DNA of 64,000 nt, taken from the IMG/VR virus record IMGVR_UViG_3300002835_000050, positions 50,551 through 114,550 of that record, one strand, 5' to 3'. This document shows positions 45,606 to 54,773 of this stretch, one piece after another. The DNA is from a virus. The translations under genes and the position numbers were made by a program. Within the stretch, counting starts at the first letter, position 1, and every line of letters starts with the position of its first letter. A model generated the notes under the pieces. That model ran no database searches and was not told the DNA's origin. It saw only the letters and a program-made list of their open reading frames with translations.

Positions 45606-45636
45606 AATCCTCAGTTTACAGGCTGAGGATTTTTTT
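45606..45636 (+). terminator. Intrinsic terminator
   Basis: AATCCTCAG/CTGAGGATT plus T-run. Confidence 0.85.
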
Positions 45637-45646
45637 ATTTCAAATA

Positions 45647-45660
45647 TTTTTTGTATATTA
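45647..45660 (+). promoter_or_regulatory. Putative phage late promoter TTTTTTGTATATTA
   Basis: Identical 14-mers at 23734-23747 and 48998-49011, each 19-26 nt upstream of an ATG. Confidence 0.55.
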
Positions 45661-45683
45661 TACTGTATACAAAAACATTAGCA

Positions 45684-46190
45684 ATGGATATTTTAAATTT
45701 TATTTCTTGGATAAAGGGTGGCAGAGTTGTTACTTCAGTTGATCCTACACAAACATTATTACCTGTTGGGTTAAAAGATAACCGTAGAGATGATGGTTAT
45801 TTAGCTGGAGCAATTACAGTTGAAGACTTTGCAGCACAACTTAGTCCGTATAAAGTATATACAGCTATATTAAGTCAATCAGGAACAAGTAATCCATCAG
45901 ATACTATATTAATGAATACTATTGATGTAAATTTATCTTGGGAATATTTATCAACTGGACAATATAGATTATCATTACCATCTTTTCCAAGTAATGGTCC
46001 TTTTATTGTTGGTAAAACATTTGTATTTATTGGAAGTGGTAAAAATAATAATGTTCCCTTGTACGCAAATAATAATACAGCTATGGGGGTTCTTCAAAAT
46101 AATGCTATAATTGTTAGAAATTTTGATACTTCATTTGTACAACAAGATAATTTTGAAAATGTATCAATAGAAATAAGAGTTTACTCATAA
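45684..46190 (+). CDS. Structural (fibre/decoration) protein with shared N-terminal anchor
   Basis: Start MDILNFISWIK; paralogous to the next gene over 49 aa. Confidence 0.65.
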   Translation: MDILNFISWIKGGRVVTSVDPTQTLLPVGLKDNRRDDGYLAGAITVEDFAAQLSPYKVYTAILSQSGTSNPSDTILMNTIDVNLSWEYLSTGQYRLSLPSFPSNGPFIVGKTFVFIGSGKNNNVPLYANNNTAMGVLQNNAIIVRNFDTSFVQQDNFENVSIEIRVYS

Positions 46191-46212
46191 CAAATAATAA
46201 ACAAATAAAATC

Positions 46213-47136
46213 ATGGATATTTTAAATTTTATTAGTTGGATCAAAGGAGGTAGACAAGTTACTACTGTTGATCCATCTAAAACTCTTTTACCAGTAGGTC
46301 TTAAAGACAATAGAAGAGATGATAGTTACTTAACTGGAGCAATCACTGTTCAAGATTTTGCAAATCAATTTGGTCCAGGACCAGCAGGACCTGCAGGACC
46401 AATAGGTTTAACAGGTGCTACAGGCGCAAATGGTTTACCTGGACCAGTAGGACCAGCTGGATTAACATGGCAAGGTGCATGGGTATCAGGTAATTCTTAT
46501 GTTGCAGATGATGCAGTAGGTTTTGGCGGAGCTTCTTACTTTTGTATTAATCCAACATCAGGTACAACTAATCCAAGTTTAGATACAGCAAATTGGGCAT
46601 TATTAGCTTCTCAAGGAGCAATAGGACCACAAGGAGTTCAAGGAGTACCCGGACCTAATATTTCAGGATTTAAAGCTATTGGTGCAATTCCAGAAGGATC
46701 TGTTGTAACAGGAGGTATTGCATTAACACCATATATTTCAGGAAGTATTTTAGTTCCTGCAAACACACTTGCTACAAACAGTGTTCTTCAAACATCATGG
46801 GGTGTATATCGTACAGGTTCAGATGTAGTTCAATCTCAAATTTGGGTTAATACTTCTAATTCATTAGTAGGTGCTACAAGAATTGCTACTGGTGCTAATC
46901 AATCAGCAGATGGAGGATGGTTTAGAAATGAAAGAGATTTTCAAAAAGTTGGTAATAAAATATATGGTTATAATTTTCTTCAGCAAAATGCAAATGATAT
47001 TACATTTACAAGTAACATTAGAAATGAAGTAACAATTAATCCTACTGTAGATTTATATATTATTTTTGCTGTATTATTAGGAACACCTGCTGAACAAGCA
47101 ACAATTAATAGAGTACGTATAACAGAACATTCATAA
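46213..47136 (+). CDS. Collagen-like fibre protein with carbohydrate-binding-like module
   Basis: Anchor, Gly-X-Y repeats, WQGAWVSGNSYVADDAV..GGASYFC, further Gly-X-Y. Confidence 0.75.
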   Translation: MDILNFISWIKGGRQVTTVDPSKTLLPVGLKDNRRDDSYLTGAITVQDFANQFGPGPAGPAGPIGLTGATGANGLPGPVGPAGLTWQGAWVSGNSYVADDAVGFGGASYFCINPTSGTTNPSLDTANWALLASQGAIGPQGVQGVPGPNISGFKAIGAIPEGSVVTGGIALTPYISGSILVPANTLATNSVLQTSWGVYRTGSDVVQSQIWVNTSNSLVGATRIATGANQSADGGWFRNERDFQKVGNKIYGYNFLQQNANDITFTSNIRNEVTINPTVDLYIIFAVLLGTPAEQATINRVRITEHS

Positions 47137-47150
47137 TTTAAATTAAAGAT

Positions 47151-48617
47151 ATGTTAAACAATTTAACTAACTATCCTGATCTAATTAGATTAAAAGCTAT
47201 TGTGGATGTACCACAAGACACTGATTTAATTACATTAGGTGTAAGAAATCCAAACTATGATGGTAATTATAGACCAGCATTAAACACATACCGTGATTTT
47301 GCAGATTCTATTTTAGCACAAGTTGTACCAGGTGTTGCAGATGTAAATGCTGCATACACACTATATGTAGATTTAGTATATGGTAATAATGCTACTGCAG
47401 AAGTTGGTTCATTAGTTAATACTTATAAAACTATTGCTGCTGCTACAGCTGCTGCTGTTGCATTAGGATCAAGTATTCCAATCATAATTCATTTGAGACC
47501 AGGTCAATATAATGAAGGTATTGTATTTAGAGATAGAATTTATTATTATGCAGAAAATGGTGTAGTATTTTATACATCTGGAGCAAGTGATTCTGTTTCT
47601 GATCAACAAGCAGTATCTGGATTATTTGGATATGCTCAGTTTACAGGATCGGCATCTATTACTTTAAACTATGGTTGTAATTTAACAATTGAATTTGATA
47701 AAACAGATAATGCAACAACTAATGGATTTTTTCAAATTGTAAACGGAAATGCATTATACTTTCCTAAAATTAATATTAGTTGTAATAGTTTAAAAACAAC
47801 AGCAGCTAATGCAAATGGTTGCCGTATTAGAGGACAAGTAGATATTAACTTAAATGTTAAAGAATTTATTAGATCCCCTTATAGTGTAATTGATGTAAGA
47901 GGTCAAGGATCTGTTACAGGATATACTGGAAAATCAAATATTACATGTCCTACAATAGTTATAGAAGAAGGTGGTCAATTTGGTAACAATGCTTCTTATA
48001 AGCAATGTTTAGTTACTTATGCAGTAGCAGCAACTTCTATAATTACTATTAATGGTAACTTATATAATGAAGTAACTACGGCTACTTTTTTAGGATCTAA
48101 TAGTGGATGTATTTCTGATTGGACAACATCTAATGGGTACACATTAAGACTTAATGGTAATATTTATGCAGGAACTCAAAGAGCAATATTAAACAATAGT
48201 GGTTCTAAACAATTTGTTGAAGGAAATATTAGTACTACTTCTATTGTTGCATCTGTTAGTGCAGGTAGTACACAGATTAAAAATTCTACAATTGTAAGAG
48301 GAGATAGTACAGATGCTAATGCAATTATTGGAGTAGGTGCTGCAAATTTATATTTAAATAGTTGTACTATTTATAATGGAGATGCTGCAGGTGGATTTAA
48401 TACAATTAGTTTAATTTCAGCTTCATCAAGAGTTTATGCTAATAATGTAGTTGGTCAACATGCTAATGCATCAGATTTCTTTATGTCAGGTGTTGCAGGT
48501 TCAAGTGCAGGTATGATTAATGTACAAGCTACAAGAGCAAATAACTCTATCACAAGTTTATATACAGCAACAGGATTTACTCAAGAGGCAAATATAATAG
48601 TGCCACAATACATATAA
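47151..48617 (+). CDS. Fibre/spike protein with putative beta-helix
   Basis: Anchor plus LYVD..YGNN......YKTI.AA; Asn/Gly/Ile-rich body. Confidence 0.65.
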   Translation: MLNNLTNYPDLIRLKAIVDVPQDTDLITLGVRNPNYDGNYRPALNTYRDFADSILAQVVPGVADVNAAYTLYVDLVYGNNATAEVGSLVNTYKTIAAATAAAVALGSSIPIIIHLRPGQYNEGIVFRDRIYYYAENGVVFYTSGASDSVSDQQAVSGLFGYAQFTGSASITLNYGCNLTIEFDKTDNATTNGFFQIVNGNALYFPKINISCNSLKTTAANANGCRIRGQVDINLNVKEFIRSPYSVIDVRGQGSVTGYTGKSNITCPTIVIEEGGQFGNNASYKQCLVTYAVAATSIITINGNLYNEVTTATFLGSNSGCISDWTTSNGYTLRLNGNIYAGTQRAILNNSGSKQFVEGNISTTSIVASVSAGSTQIKNSTIVRGDSTDANAIIGVGAANLYLNSCTIYNGDAAGGFNTISLISASSRVYANNVVGQHANASDFFMSGVAGSSAGMINVQATRANNSITSLYTATGFTQEANIIVPQYI

Positions 48618-48619
48618 TT

Positions 48620-48931
48620 ATGACTACATTTATTTCAGCAGGTCAATCAGATATCACAATTGAATTAGTATTAGTTACTAAAACAGTTGATAATGAGACA
48701 ATTAACTATACAGTTACTAAAGATACTTTATCTACAGAAGATCAAAAAACATATGCAGATTTTGTAAATGTTTTTGCAGCAAATACTACAACTATAATTA
48801 ATAATACAGATGATGTAGAAATGAGTAGAATGACATCAGAAATCATTAATGAAGATGTAGTAACTCTTGATTACACTACACTATCTGATAAGGATAAAGA
48901 AATTTATAATAACTTTTTATTACTAAGTTAA
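48620..48931 (+). CDS. Hypothetical protein (possible fibre chaperone)
   Basis: Internal duplication TLSTEDQKTYADF / TLSDKDKEIYNNF. Confidence 0.55.
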   Translation: MTTFISAGQSDITIELVLVTKTVDNETINYTVTKDTLSTEDQKTYADFVNVFAANTTTIINNTDDVEMSRMTSEIINEDVVTLDYTTLSDKDKEIYNNFLLLS

Positions 48932-48954
48932 TAAATTTAAACAATAACTAGAAG

Positions 48955-48983
48955 ACCTTAGATTTAAACATCTAAGGTTTTTT
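48955..48983 (+). terminator. Intrinsic terminator
   Basis: ACCTTAGAT/ATCTAAGGT plus T-run. Confidence 0.8.
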
Positions 48984-49037
48984 GGTTTATAAGATATTTT
49001 TTTGTATATTATATTATAAACTTATATATGTATAGCC

Positions 49038-49847
49038 ATGTTAAATAACTTAACAAATCTTTATAATCTTATAAAAACCAGACAGATATTAAAAGCTCCT
49101 GTTAACAATGCTTTGGTAACTCTTGGAGTACAAGATTCTCAATATGATGGTGGATATAAACCAATGGCTATTACTACAGAAGATTTTTTATCTGAGTGTG
49201 TACAATCTGTTACAGGTTTAAACACAGATAATACAGATCCTCAAAATCCTATTGTTAAAGTTTCAGTTGATAATAGTTCTATTACAGGATTAGGTACTCC
49301 GGCAAGCCCTCTTGTAGCAAATATACCAGACACATTAAATTATGGTTTATTTACACAAACTGTATCAAGTACTCCTATTACAAATACAATTGTTGAATCT
49401 AGTTTAATTGGTACAGGAGTAGGAAGTTTATCAGTTCCAGCAAATGCATTTCAAGTTGGAGATTCATTTCATGCAAAATTAATTGGCCATTTATCATGTA
49501 ATGGTTCAGCTACACTTAGACTTAGAGTAAAATCAGGAACTGTCCTTTTAGCTGATACTGGTGTAATTAATATGGAAGCAGCTACTAATAAACATTGGGA
49601 AATAAATATATATTTTACAGTAAGAACATTAGGAGCAGTTGGTGTAGCGTCAATAGCATCTGGAGGTATATTTTCTTATACTAAGAACTCTGGGACTAAT
49701 TTTGAAGGAACTAATTTTAGTATTATAAATAATACAACTTTTAATACAACAGTTAGTAATACATTAATTGTTACAGCTGAATGGGGTGCAGCAAATGCAG
49801 CTGACTCCATATATTCTGAAATATTTACATTATCAAAAACTTATTAA
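49038..49847 (+). CDS. Structural protein with shared N-terminal anchor
   Basis: MLNNLTN...LGV.D..YDG.Y.P.AIT..DF. Confidence 0.65.
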   Translation: MLNNLTNLYNLIKTRQILKAPVNNALVTLGVQDSQYDGGYKPMAITTEDFLSECVQSVTGLNTDNTDPQNPIVKVSVDNSSITGLGTPASPLVANIPDTLNYGLFTQTVSSTPITNTIVESSLIGTGVGSLSVPANAFQVGDSFHAKLIGHLSCNGSATLRLRVKSGTVLLADTGVINMEAATNKHWEINIYFTVRTLGAVGVASIASGGIFSYTKNSGTNFEGTNFSIINNTTFNTTVSNTLIVTAEWGAANAADSIYSEIFTLSKTY

Positions 49848-49857
49848 ATTATAAATT

Positions 49858-50214
49858 ATGTCAATAGGAAATTTAAAAGATTACGGAAACAAAGGAAATA
49901 ACTTTCCGTGGCAATATAAAATGTTATTAGGATTAGATAAAATCTTAGCAGCAATATCAGGTGGTCCAGGATCATTCTTAGCTCCACAAGTTAGAGTTCC
50001 GCATTATGAATTAAGTACTTCAACAGGTACTACTTTATCTGGAGCATTTAGTTTTTCAATAGCTAATGTAGGTGCTGCTGACGGTACAATTTCTGGTAGT
50101 ATTATTAAGCCAGGAGTAACTGTAAACTTTGATGCGGGAGCTTTAAACAATACTTTAAACAGCATTAACTATAATGCTACAGGAACAACATTTGTAATAA
50201 CTTATATATCTTAA
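49858..50214 (+). CDS. Putative structural protein
   Basis: Ser/Thr/Gly-rich ORF in the late block. Confidence 0.6.
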   Translation: MSIGNLKDYGNKGNNFPWQYKMLLGLDKILAAISGGPGSFLAPQVRVPHYELSTSTGTTLSGAFSFSIANVGAADGTISGSIIKPGVTVNFDAGALNNTLNSINYNATGTTFVITYIS

Positions 50215-50218
50215 GAAC

Positions 50219-51937
50219 ATGAGTACATTTATACAAATAGCTGGGTCTAGTGCACCTAATAATTCTTGTATTACGGATACATCATTAATTGGTGCAGCAG
50301 GATTACAAACAAATGAGATTCAAAATGGTGACTATCTTTTATTTTGTGGATCAGGAAAATTTGGATGGACTAATGGAGGATGGGATGCTGTAGTAAATAC
50401 AGCTTTACCTGGTTTTGTTACTAATGTAAGAAATAGAAATTTAAATTCAGGAATTACTTTATCTGCAGATTTATTTCCTGGAGACATTATTAAATTTTCT
50501 GGTACAAGTTATATTAGTTATAGCGACCAACCTGTTGTTTTAACAAAGTTATCGGTTGGTTTAGTATTTGCAACTTGTGATAATATTAGAAATAATGATA
50601 GAGATATCCCATTATCTACTATTATTACTACACAAAACTTTGACTATACATATCCTACTAATAATCAAACTGGGTATTTATGTTTTTTAATAGAACATAC
50701 TGTAACTCAAACTTTTTTAGCAGGGGAAACAGTTTTTTATGCTGTGTTTGGTTGTGATAATAAATCTGAAACTTTAGTGACACCAAGTGTTAGTTTTTCA
50801 TTAGGTACTGTAAGAAATTGCGGTGAAGTAGATTTAACTCCAAATATGGAATTACAATTATGTTGTGATCCATCAATTGTTGATATTGTATATGATACAA
50901 CATTAACAGTAGGAGATTTTTTTGTAGATAATGAAGGAAACTGTTGGGAAGCTCAAGCTAAAACAGGAGCACAAGTAACTAGTGTAAGAACAGTAACTAC
51001 AAAGTATACCTCTTGTGAAGAATGTATTAGCTTTAATGAATGCCCTGATAATATAATAGTTGAATCATGTTGTTTTATGGGAGCTGAAACATTTACAGCT
51101 TCTTTACCTGGTGTTTCAGTAGGAGATGTTTTTGTTGATACATATGGTTTCTGTTGGGCAGCTATTGATGAAACTTCTGGTCCTATTACAGGTATGGTTA
51201 TGATTGATACAAATTATGGTCCGGAAGCATGTGAAGATTGTTTAAATATAAATGCATGTCCTGAAATTATTAAATTAATACCATGTTGTGAATATATAGG
51301 AGGAACAGAAATATTAACTACGGCTGCATTATTTGGTTATACACCAGTAGAGGGAGAACTTGTTTCAGATACATTTGGTAATTGTTATACAGTACGGTTA
51401 GGTTATACTGGTAGTATTTCAGCACCGTTCATTGAATTTGGAACTAGTTATGGAGAACCCGATGAACCATGTATACCTTGTATAGAGGTTAATGCTTGCG
51501 GTCAACCATTATATTATAATGTTATTAATTGTTGTACAGGTGATACAGAAGTTATAGTAATTGATACTTTAATAGCACCAGAAACTGTAATAATAATAAC
51601 TACTACTACTTCTCCACTTTTTCCACAATGTTGGAAAGTTGTAAGTTTTAGTAATACAGGAACAGCAACAATAATATTAGATACATTTATCAAAGATGCA
51701 AAGGACTGTAATGATTGTGTTAAGGAACATGGTTGCATTACTTATTATGAAGTAGCAGACTGTTGTGATATTGTTCCAAATGGAGTAATGTTATTACCTG
51801 ATAATCTTGATTTAACACTTGTATACCGTGATGATACTGGAACATGTTGGTCAATTGTAGGACCTACAGTAGGACCCGCTACAGTTGTATGGAATGGTAA
51901 TAATAGAGAATCATGTAGTGAGTGTGGTTGTGGTTAA
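50219..51937 (+). CDS. Cys-rich repeat protein (five about 70-aa CC...C[WY]...CxxC...C units)
   Basis: Repeats visible from about 50846 to the C-terminus. Confidence 0.75.
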   Translation: MSTFIQIAGSSAPNNSCITDTSLIGAAGLQTNEIQNGDYLLFCGSGKFGWTNGGWDAVVNTALPGFVTNVRNRNLNSGITLSADLFPGDIIKFSGTSYISYSDQPVVLTKLSVGLVFATCDNIRNNDRDIPLSTIITTQNFDYTYPTNNQTGYLCFLIEHTVTQTFLAGETVFYAVFGCDNKSETLVTPSVSFSLGTVRNCGEVDLTPNMELQLCCDPSIVDIVYDTTLTVGDFFVDNEGNCWEAQAKTGAQVTSVRTVTTKYTSCEECISFNECPDNIIVESCCFMGAETFTASLPGVSVGDVFVDTYGFCWAAIDETSGPITGMVMIDTNYGPEACEDCLNINACPEIIKLIPCCEYIGGTEILTTAALFGYTPVEGELVSDTFGNCYTVRLGYTGSISAPFIEFGTSYGEPDEPCIPCIEVNACGQPLYYNVINCCTGDTEVIVIDTLIAPETVIIITTTTSPLFPQCWKVVSFSNTGTATIILDTFIKDAKDCNDCVKEHGCITYYEVADCCDIVPNGVMLLPDNLDLTLVYRDDTGTCWSIVGPTVGPATVVWNGNNRESCSECGCG

Positions 51938-52427
51938 AAAAGAAAACATATCTATAATATTAACTCTTTGTTTAGGGGTAATGTGTTTTGTCTTATTAAT
52001 AAGAGATCCAAAACAAGTATACCCTATATCTACTCAAAAAACAATTGAGAAAAGAATAGAAGGTAAGGAGACTATTATTAAAGAGAAAGGTAAGGTTATT
52101 GATAATAGTAAACTTATTATTAATGAACTTAACCATGGGTTGCATGACTTACAGTCTCAACTAGATGCTGTTAAAAATTCCAGAGATACTTTTAGTATAG
52201 TACAGATCCAGGATACAATGATTCATACTCTATACCGTAGAGATAAAGAAAAAGACTTGATTATATCAAGTCAAGACACTATAATCACTGCACAACGCTA
52301 TATAATCAATTCTAAGGACACTATCATATCATCCTTAACACTAGACATAAAAAAAATAAAAAGACAACGGAACTGGTCTTATATCCTTAATGGGATATTA
52401 GCCGGTGCATTAATATTAAAGCCATGA
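51930..52427 (+). CDS. Membrane-anchored coiled-coil protein (spanin-like)
   Basis: N-terminal TM, coiled coil, C-terminal hydrophobic tail; likely GTG start. Confidence 0.5.
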   Translation: MVKKENISIILTLCLGVMCFVLLIRDPKQVYPISTQKTIEKRIEGKETIIKEKGKVIDNSKLIINELNHGLHDLQSQLDAVKNSRDTFSIVQIQDTMIHTLYRRDKEKDLIISSQDTIITAQRYIINSKDTIISSLTLDIKKIKRQRNWSYILNGILAGALILKP

Positions 52428-52690
52428 CATACGGAGAATTAATTCAAGCAGGTCTGATTACTGCATTAGCTGTAATAGGCTATTTTTTAAGAATGGTCCA
52501 TACGGACGTTAGAAAAACAGTAGAAGATATGGGTAAATTAAAAGGTAAAGTAGAACTTGTAGAACAAGAAGCAAGATTAAAATACCAAGCAATACAAGAA
52601 CAAACTCAATTAGAACTTAAAATGCTTGCAAGAAATGTAAGTGATTTATCTACTGCAGTTAAAGAGTTAATGTTAAAATTACATAATTAA
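52424..52690 (+). CDS. Holin-like membrane protein
   Basis: One TM plus coiled coil. Confidence 0.5.
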   Translation: MTYGELIQAGLITALAVIGYFLRMVHTDVRKTVEDMGKLKGKVELVEQEARLKYQAIQEQTQLELKMLARNVSDLSTAVKELMLKLHN

Positions 52691-52691
52691 T

Positions 52692-52898
52692 ATGGATACA
52701 ACATCAGTAGCAAACGGTGCACAGGACTTTGGTGTATTTGCACAGTTAGGAAATTATGGTCCTGCGGGATTAGCAGTTTTAGCTTTAGGATATGTTGCAT
52801 GGATCTTTATTAAAAGACATCTTGCTGAGAAAGATAGACTTAAAGAAGAGTTAATTAAAACAGCTAAAAAGAAAACAAGAACAACTAAAAGTAAATAG
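52692..52898 (+). CDS. Holin-like membrane protein
   Basis: FGVFAQLGNYG..GLAVLALGYVAWIF; paralog of the next gene. Confidence 0.5.
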   Translation: MDTTSVANGAQDFGVFAQLGNYGPAGLAVLALGYVAWIFIKRHLAEKDRLKEELIKTAKKKTRTTKSK

Positions 52899-52900
52899 TC

Positions 52901-53146
52901 ATGTCATTTGGAATATTTGAAAGTTTAACTCAATATGGTATCTTAGGTTTTGCAGTCTTAGGATTAGGTTATTTGTGCTGGATTTTTCTTAATAGACTTA
53001 TGAAGAGTGAGGATGATTATAGATCAAGAGTTGAAGAGTTAGAAGGTGAGTACAGAGAAGACTTAGAAAAAAAGTTAGAAGAAAGTACAGAACATTCTAA
53101 GAGTTTAAAGGAAACAGTTTTGACATTGTTTGGTAAGAAGAAATGA
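52901..53146 (+). CDS. Holin-like membrane protein
   Basis: FGIFESLTQYG..GFAVLGLGYLCWIF. Confidence 0.5.
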   Translation: MSFGIFESLTQYGILGFAVLGLGYLCWIFLNRLMKSEDDYRSRVEELEGEYREDLEKKLEESTEHSKSLKETVLTLFGKKK

Positions 53147-53532
53147 AAAAGAATAAAAGAATCATATTAGGTTCTGCTATTGGATTCATAGCACTTATTT
53201 GTTTTCAAGTATTTTCAACTGGTCATGGTCATGTTGTAGTAGTTGAAAAGAATGAAGTACTTACTACTGCAAATCAGACACTTACAAAACAAAACGGAAG
53301 TTTAAAAAAAAGTGTTAATTCATTAAAGGCTAAGAATGAAGCACTTGTGGAAGATAAAGCTAATTTAGAGTCTATGGTTTCAGAAGTTATTGGAAGTTTA
53401 GATAGCACTAATGCAGTTGTAAAAGATATTAAAAAAGAATTGTCAGATGAAAAAGCTATTAATATTAAGCAGTCTACTGGTGAGCAGTTTGATTTTCAGC
53501 CAATCAAACTACCCGCTTCAGACGGTAATTAA
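53143..53532 (+). CDS. Membrane-anchored coiled-coil protein (i-spanin-like)
   Basis: Basic N-terminus, TM, coiled coil. Confidence 0.5.
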   Translation: MKKNKRIILGSAIGFIALICFQVFSTGHGHVVVVEKNEVLTTANQTLTKQNGSLKKSVNSLKAKNEALVEDKANLESMVSEVIGSLDSTNAVVKDIKKELSDEKAINIKQSTGEQFDFQPIKLPASDGN

Positions 53533-54004
53533 AGGTGACTCAGTTGTTATTCTTACAAAAGCACAAGCAAAGAATATCAATGACATATTTGAAAGCCAGA
53601 AAGCTAAGATAGCTGCCTTTAAAATTGAGGTAGCTAGTAAAGATAGTTTACTTGCTATTAAAGATACATTACTAATTCAGAAGACAGAACTTATAGAAAC
53701 ATTTACCTATAACTTAGAATTAGCAAAAAGATTAGATTTATTAGAGCATTGGTTACTAAATGCTGCAATAAACAACACATGGTTATATTATTCATGGAAA
53801 GATACTTTAGTATATTCTGTAGATTTAAGTCAACATTATGTTAGAAAGGATGATCATACAGGAGACATATTTTTTTATAGATATGATGAACCTGTAAATA
53901 CAGAAGAAGACCAGGAAGAACCACATAAGTATTGGTATACAGATATTATTAAACCTAAGAGACCTAAAGTAACATTAGCTCCCTTATTAAATTATAAACA
54001 ATGA
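53447..54004 (+). CDS. Secreted protein overlapping the previous gene (spanin partner?)
   Basis: Signal peptide ending FS-Q; 86-nt overlap. Confidence 0.5.
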   Translation: MKKLLILSSLLVSSLIFSQSNYPLQTVIKGDSVVILTKAQAKNINDIFESQKAKIAAFKIEVASKDSLLAIKDTLLIQKTELIETFTYNLELAKRLDLLEHWLLNAAINNTWLYYSWKDTLVYSVDLSQHYVRKDDHTGDIFFYRYDEPVNTEEDQEEPHKYWYTDIIKPKRPKVTLAPLLNYKQ

Positions 54005-54276
54005 AAAAGTTTTTTAGAGAATTAATTAGTGACAATAACAATATTAATGAACAAGCATTTGTAGGAGTTATCTCTTTCTTTGCTATGGTCTTTGTATTAT
54101 TGGTAGATGTAGTAACAGGAATGTTAAGTAAAGAATTGATTATCAAGGAGTTTATCTTTGATGGATTTATGATTCTTACACTTGGTGCATTTGGTATTAC
54201 AACAGCAGGTAGAATTATGTCATTAAAGAAAAAAGCTGAAAACAAAGAAGAAACTTCAGAAGAAGTAGTAGATTAA
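54001..54276 (+). CDS. Two-TM holin-like protein
   Basis: Two TMs and a charged tail, directly upstream of the endolysin. Confidence 0.6.
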   Translation: MKKFFRELISDNNNINEQAFVGVISFFAMVFVLLVDVVTGMLSKELIIKEFIFDGFMILTLGAFGITTAGRIMSLKKKAENKEETSEEVVD

Positions 54277-54293
54277 CAATAAAAATAAACAAG

Positions 54294-54773
54294 ATGCAAT
54301 TAAGTAAGAATTTAGCACTAGCAGAAGTAACAAGAAGTGAAACTGCAAAAAGAAAAGGAATTAGCAACATGCCAACTCCAGAACACATTGAGAACTTTAA
54401 AAAGTTAGCTGAGAATGTGTTTCAACCAATTAGAGAACACTTTGGAGTTCCTATTCATTTGAGCTCTGGGTACAGAAGCAAAGCCTTGAATACTGCGGTA
54501 GGGGGGAGTTTGTCCAGCCAACATTGTACAGGTGAAGCAATTGATATTGACATGGATGGAACATCAATTACTAATAAGCAAGTTTTTGATTTCATTAAGC
54601 AACATGTAAATTTTGATCAAATGATTGCTGAGTTCCCTGTAAATGGAAACCCAGCTTGGGTACACGTATCTTACGAATCAACTGGCAAACAAAGAAAACA
54701 AATATTGGTTGCTAAGAAAGTTGGATCAGCAACTAAATATATACCATATAAAACAGATGCAGATTTAAAATAA
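54294..54773 (+). CDS. Endolysin, peptidase M15A family
   Basis: SSGYRS..LN..VGG...SQH..GEAID...WVHVS. Confidence 0.9.
   Translation: MQLSKNLALAEVTRSETAKRKGISNMPTPEHIENFKKLAENVFQPIREHFGVPIHLSSGYRSKALNTAVGGSLSSQHCTGEAIDIDMDGTSITNKQVFDFIKQHVNFDQMIAEFPVNGNPAWVHVSYESTGKQRKQILVAKKVGSATKYIPYKTDADLK

Noticed and set aside
45684-46359. Diversity-generating retroelement TR/VR pair
   Set aside because: The similarity is between two coding N-termini with mostly synonymous, non-adenine-specific differences, and no reverse transcriptase is present in the window.
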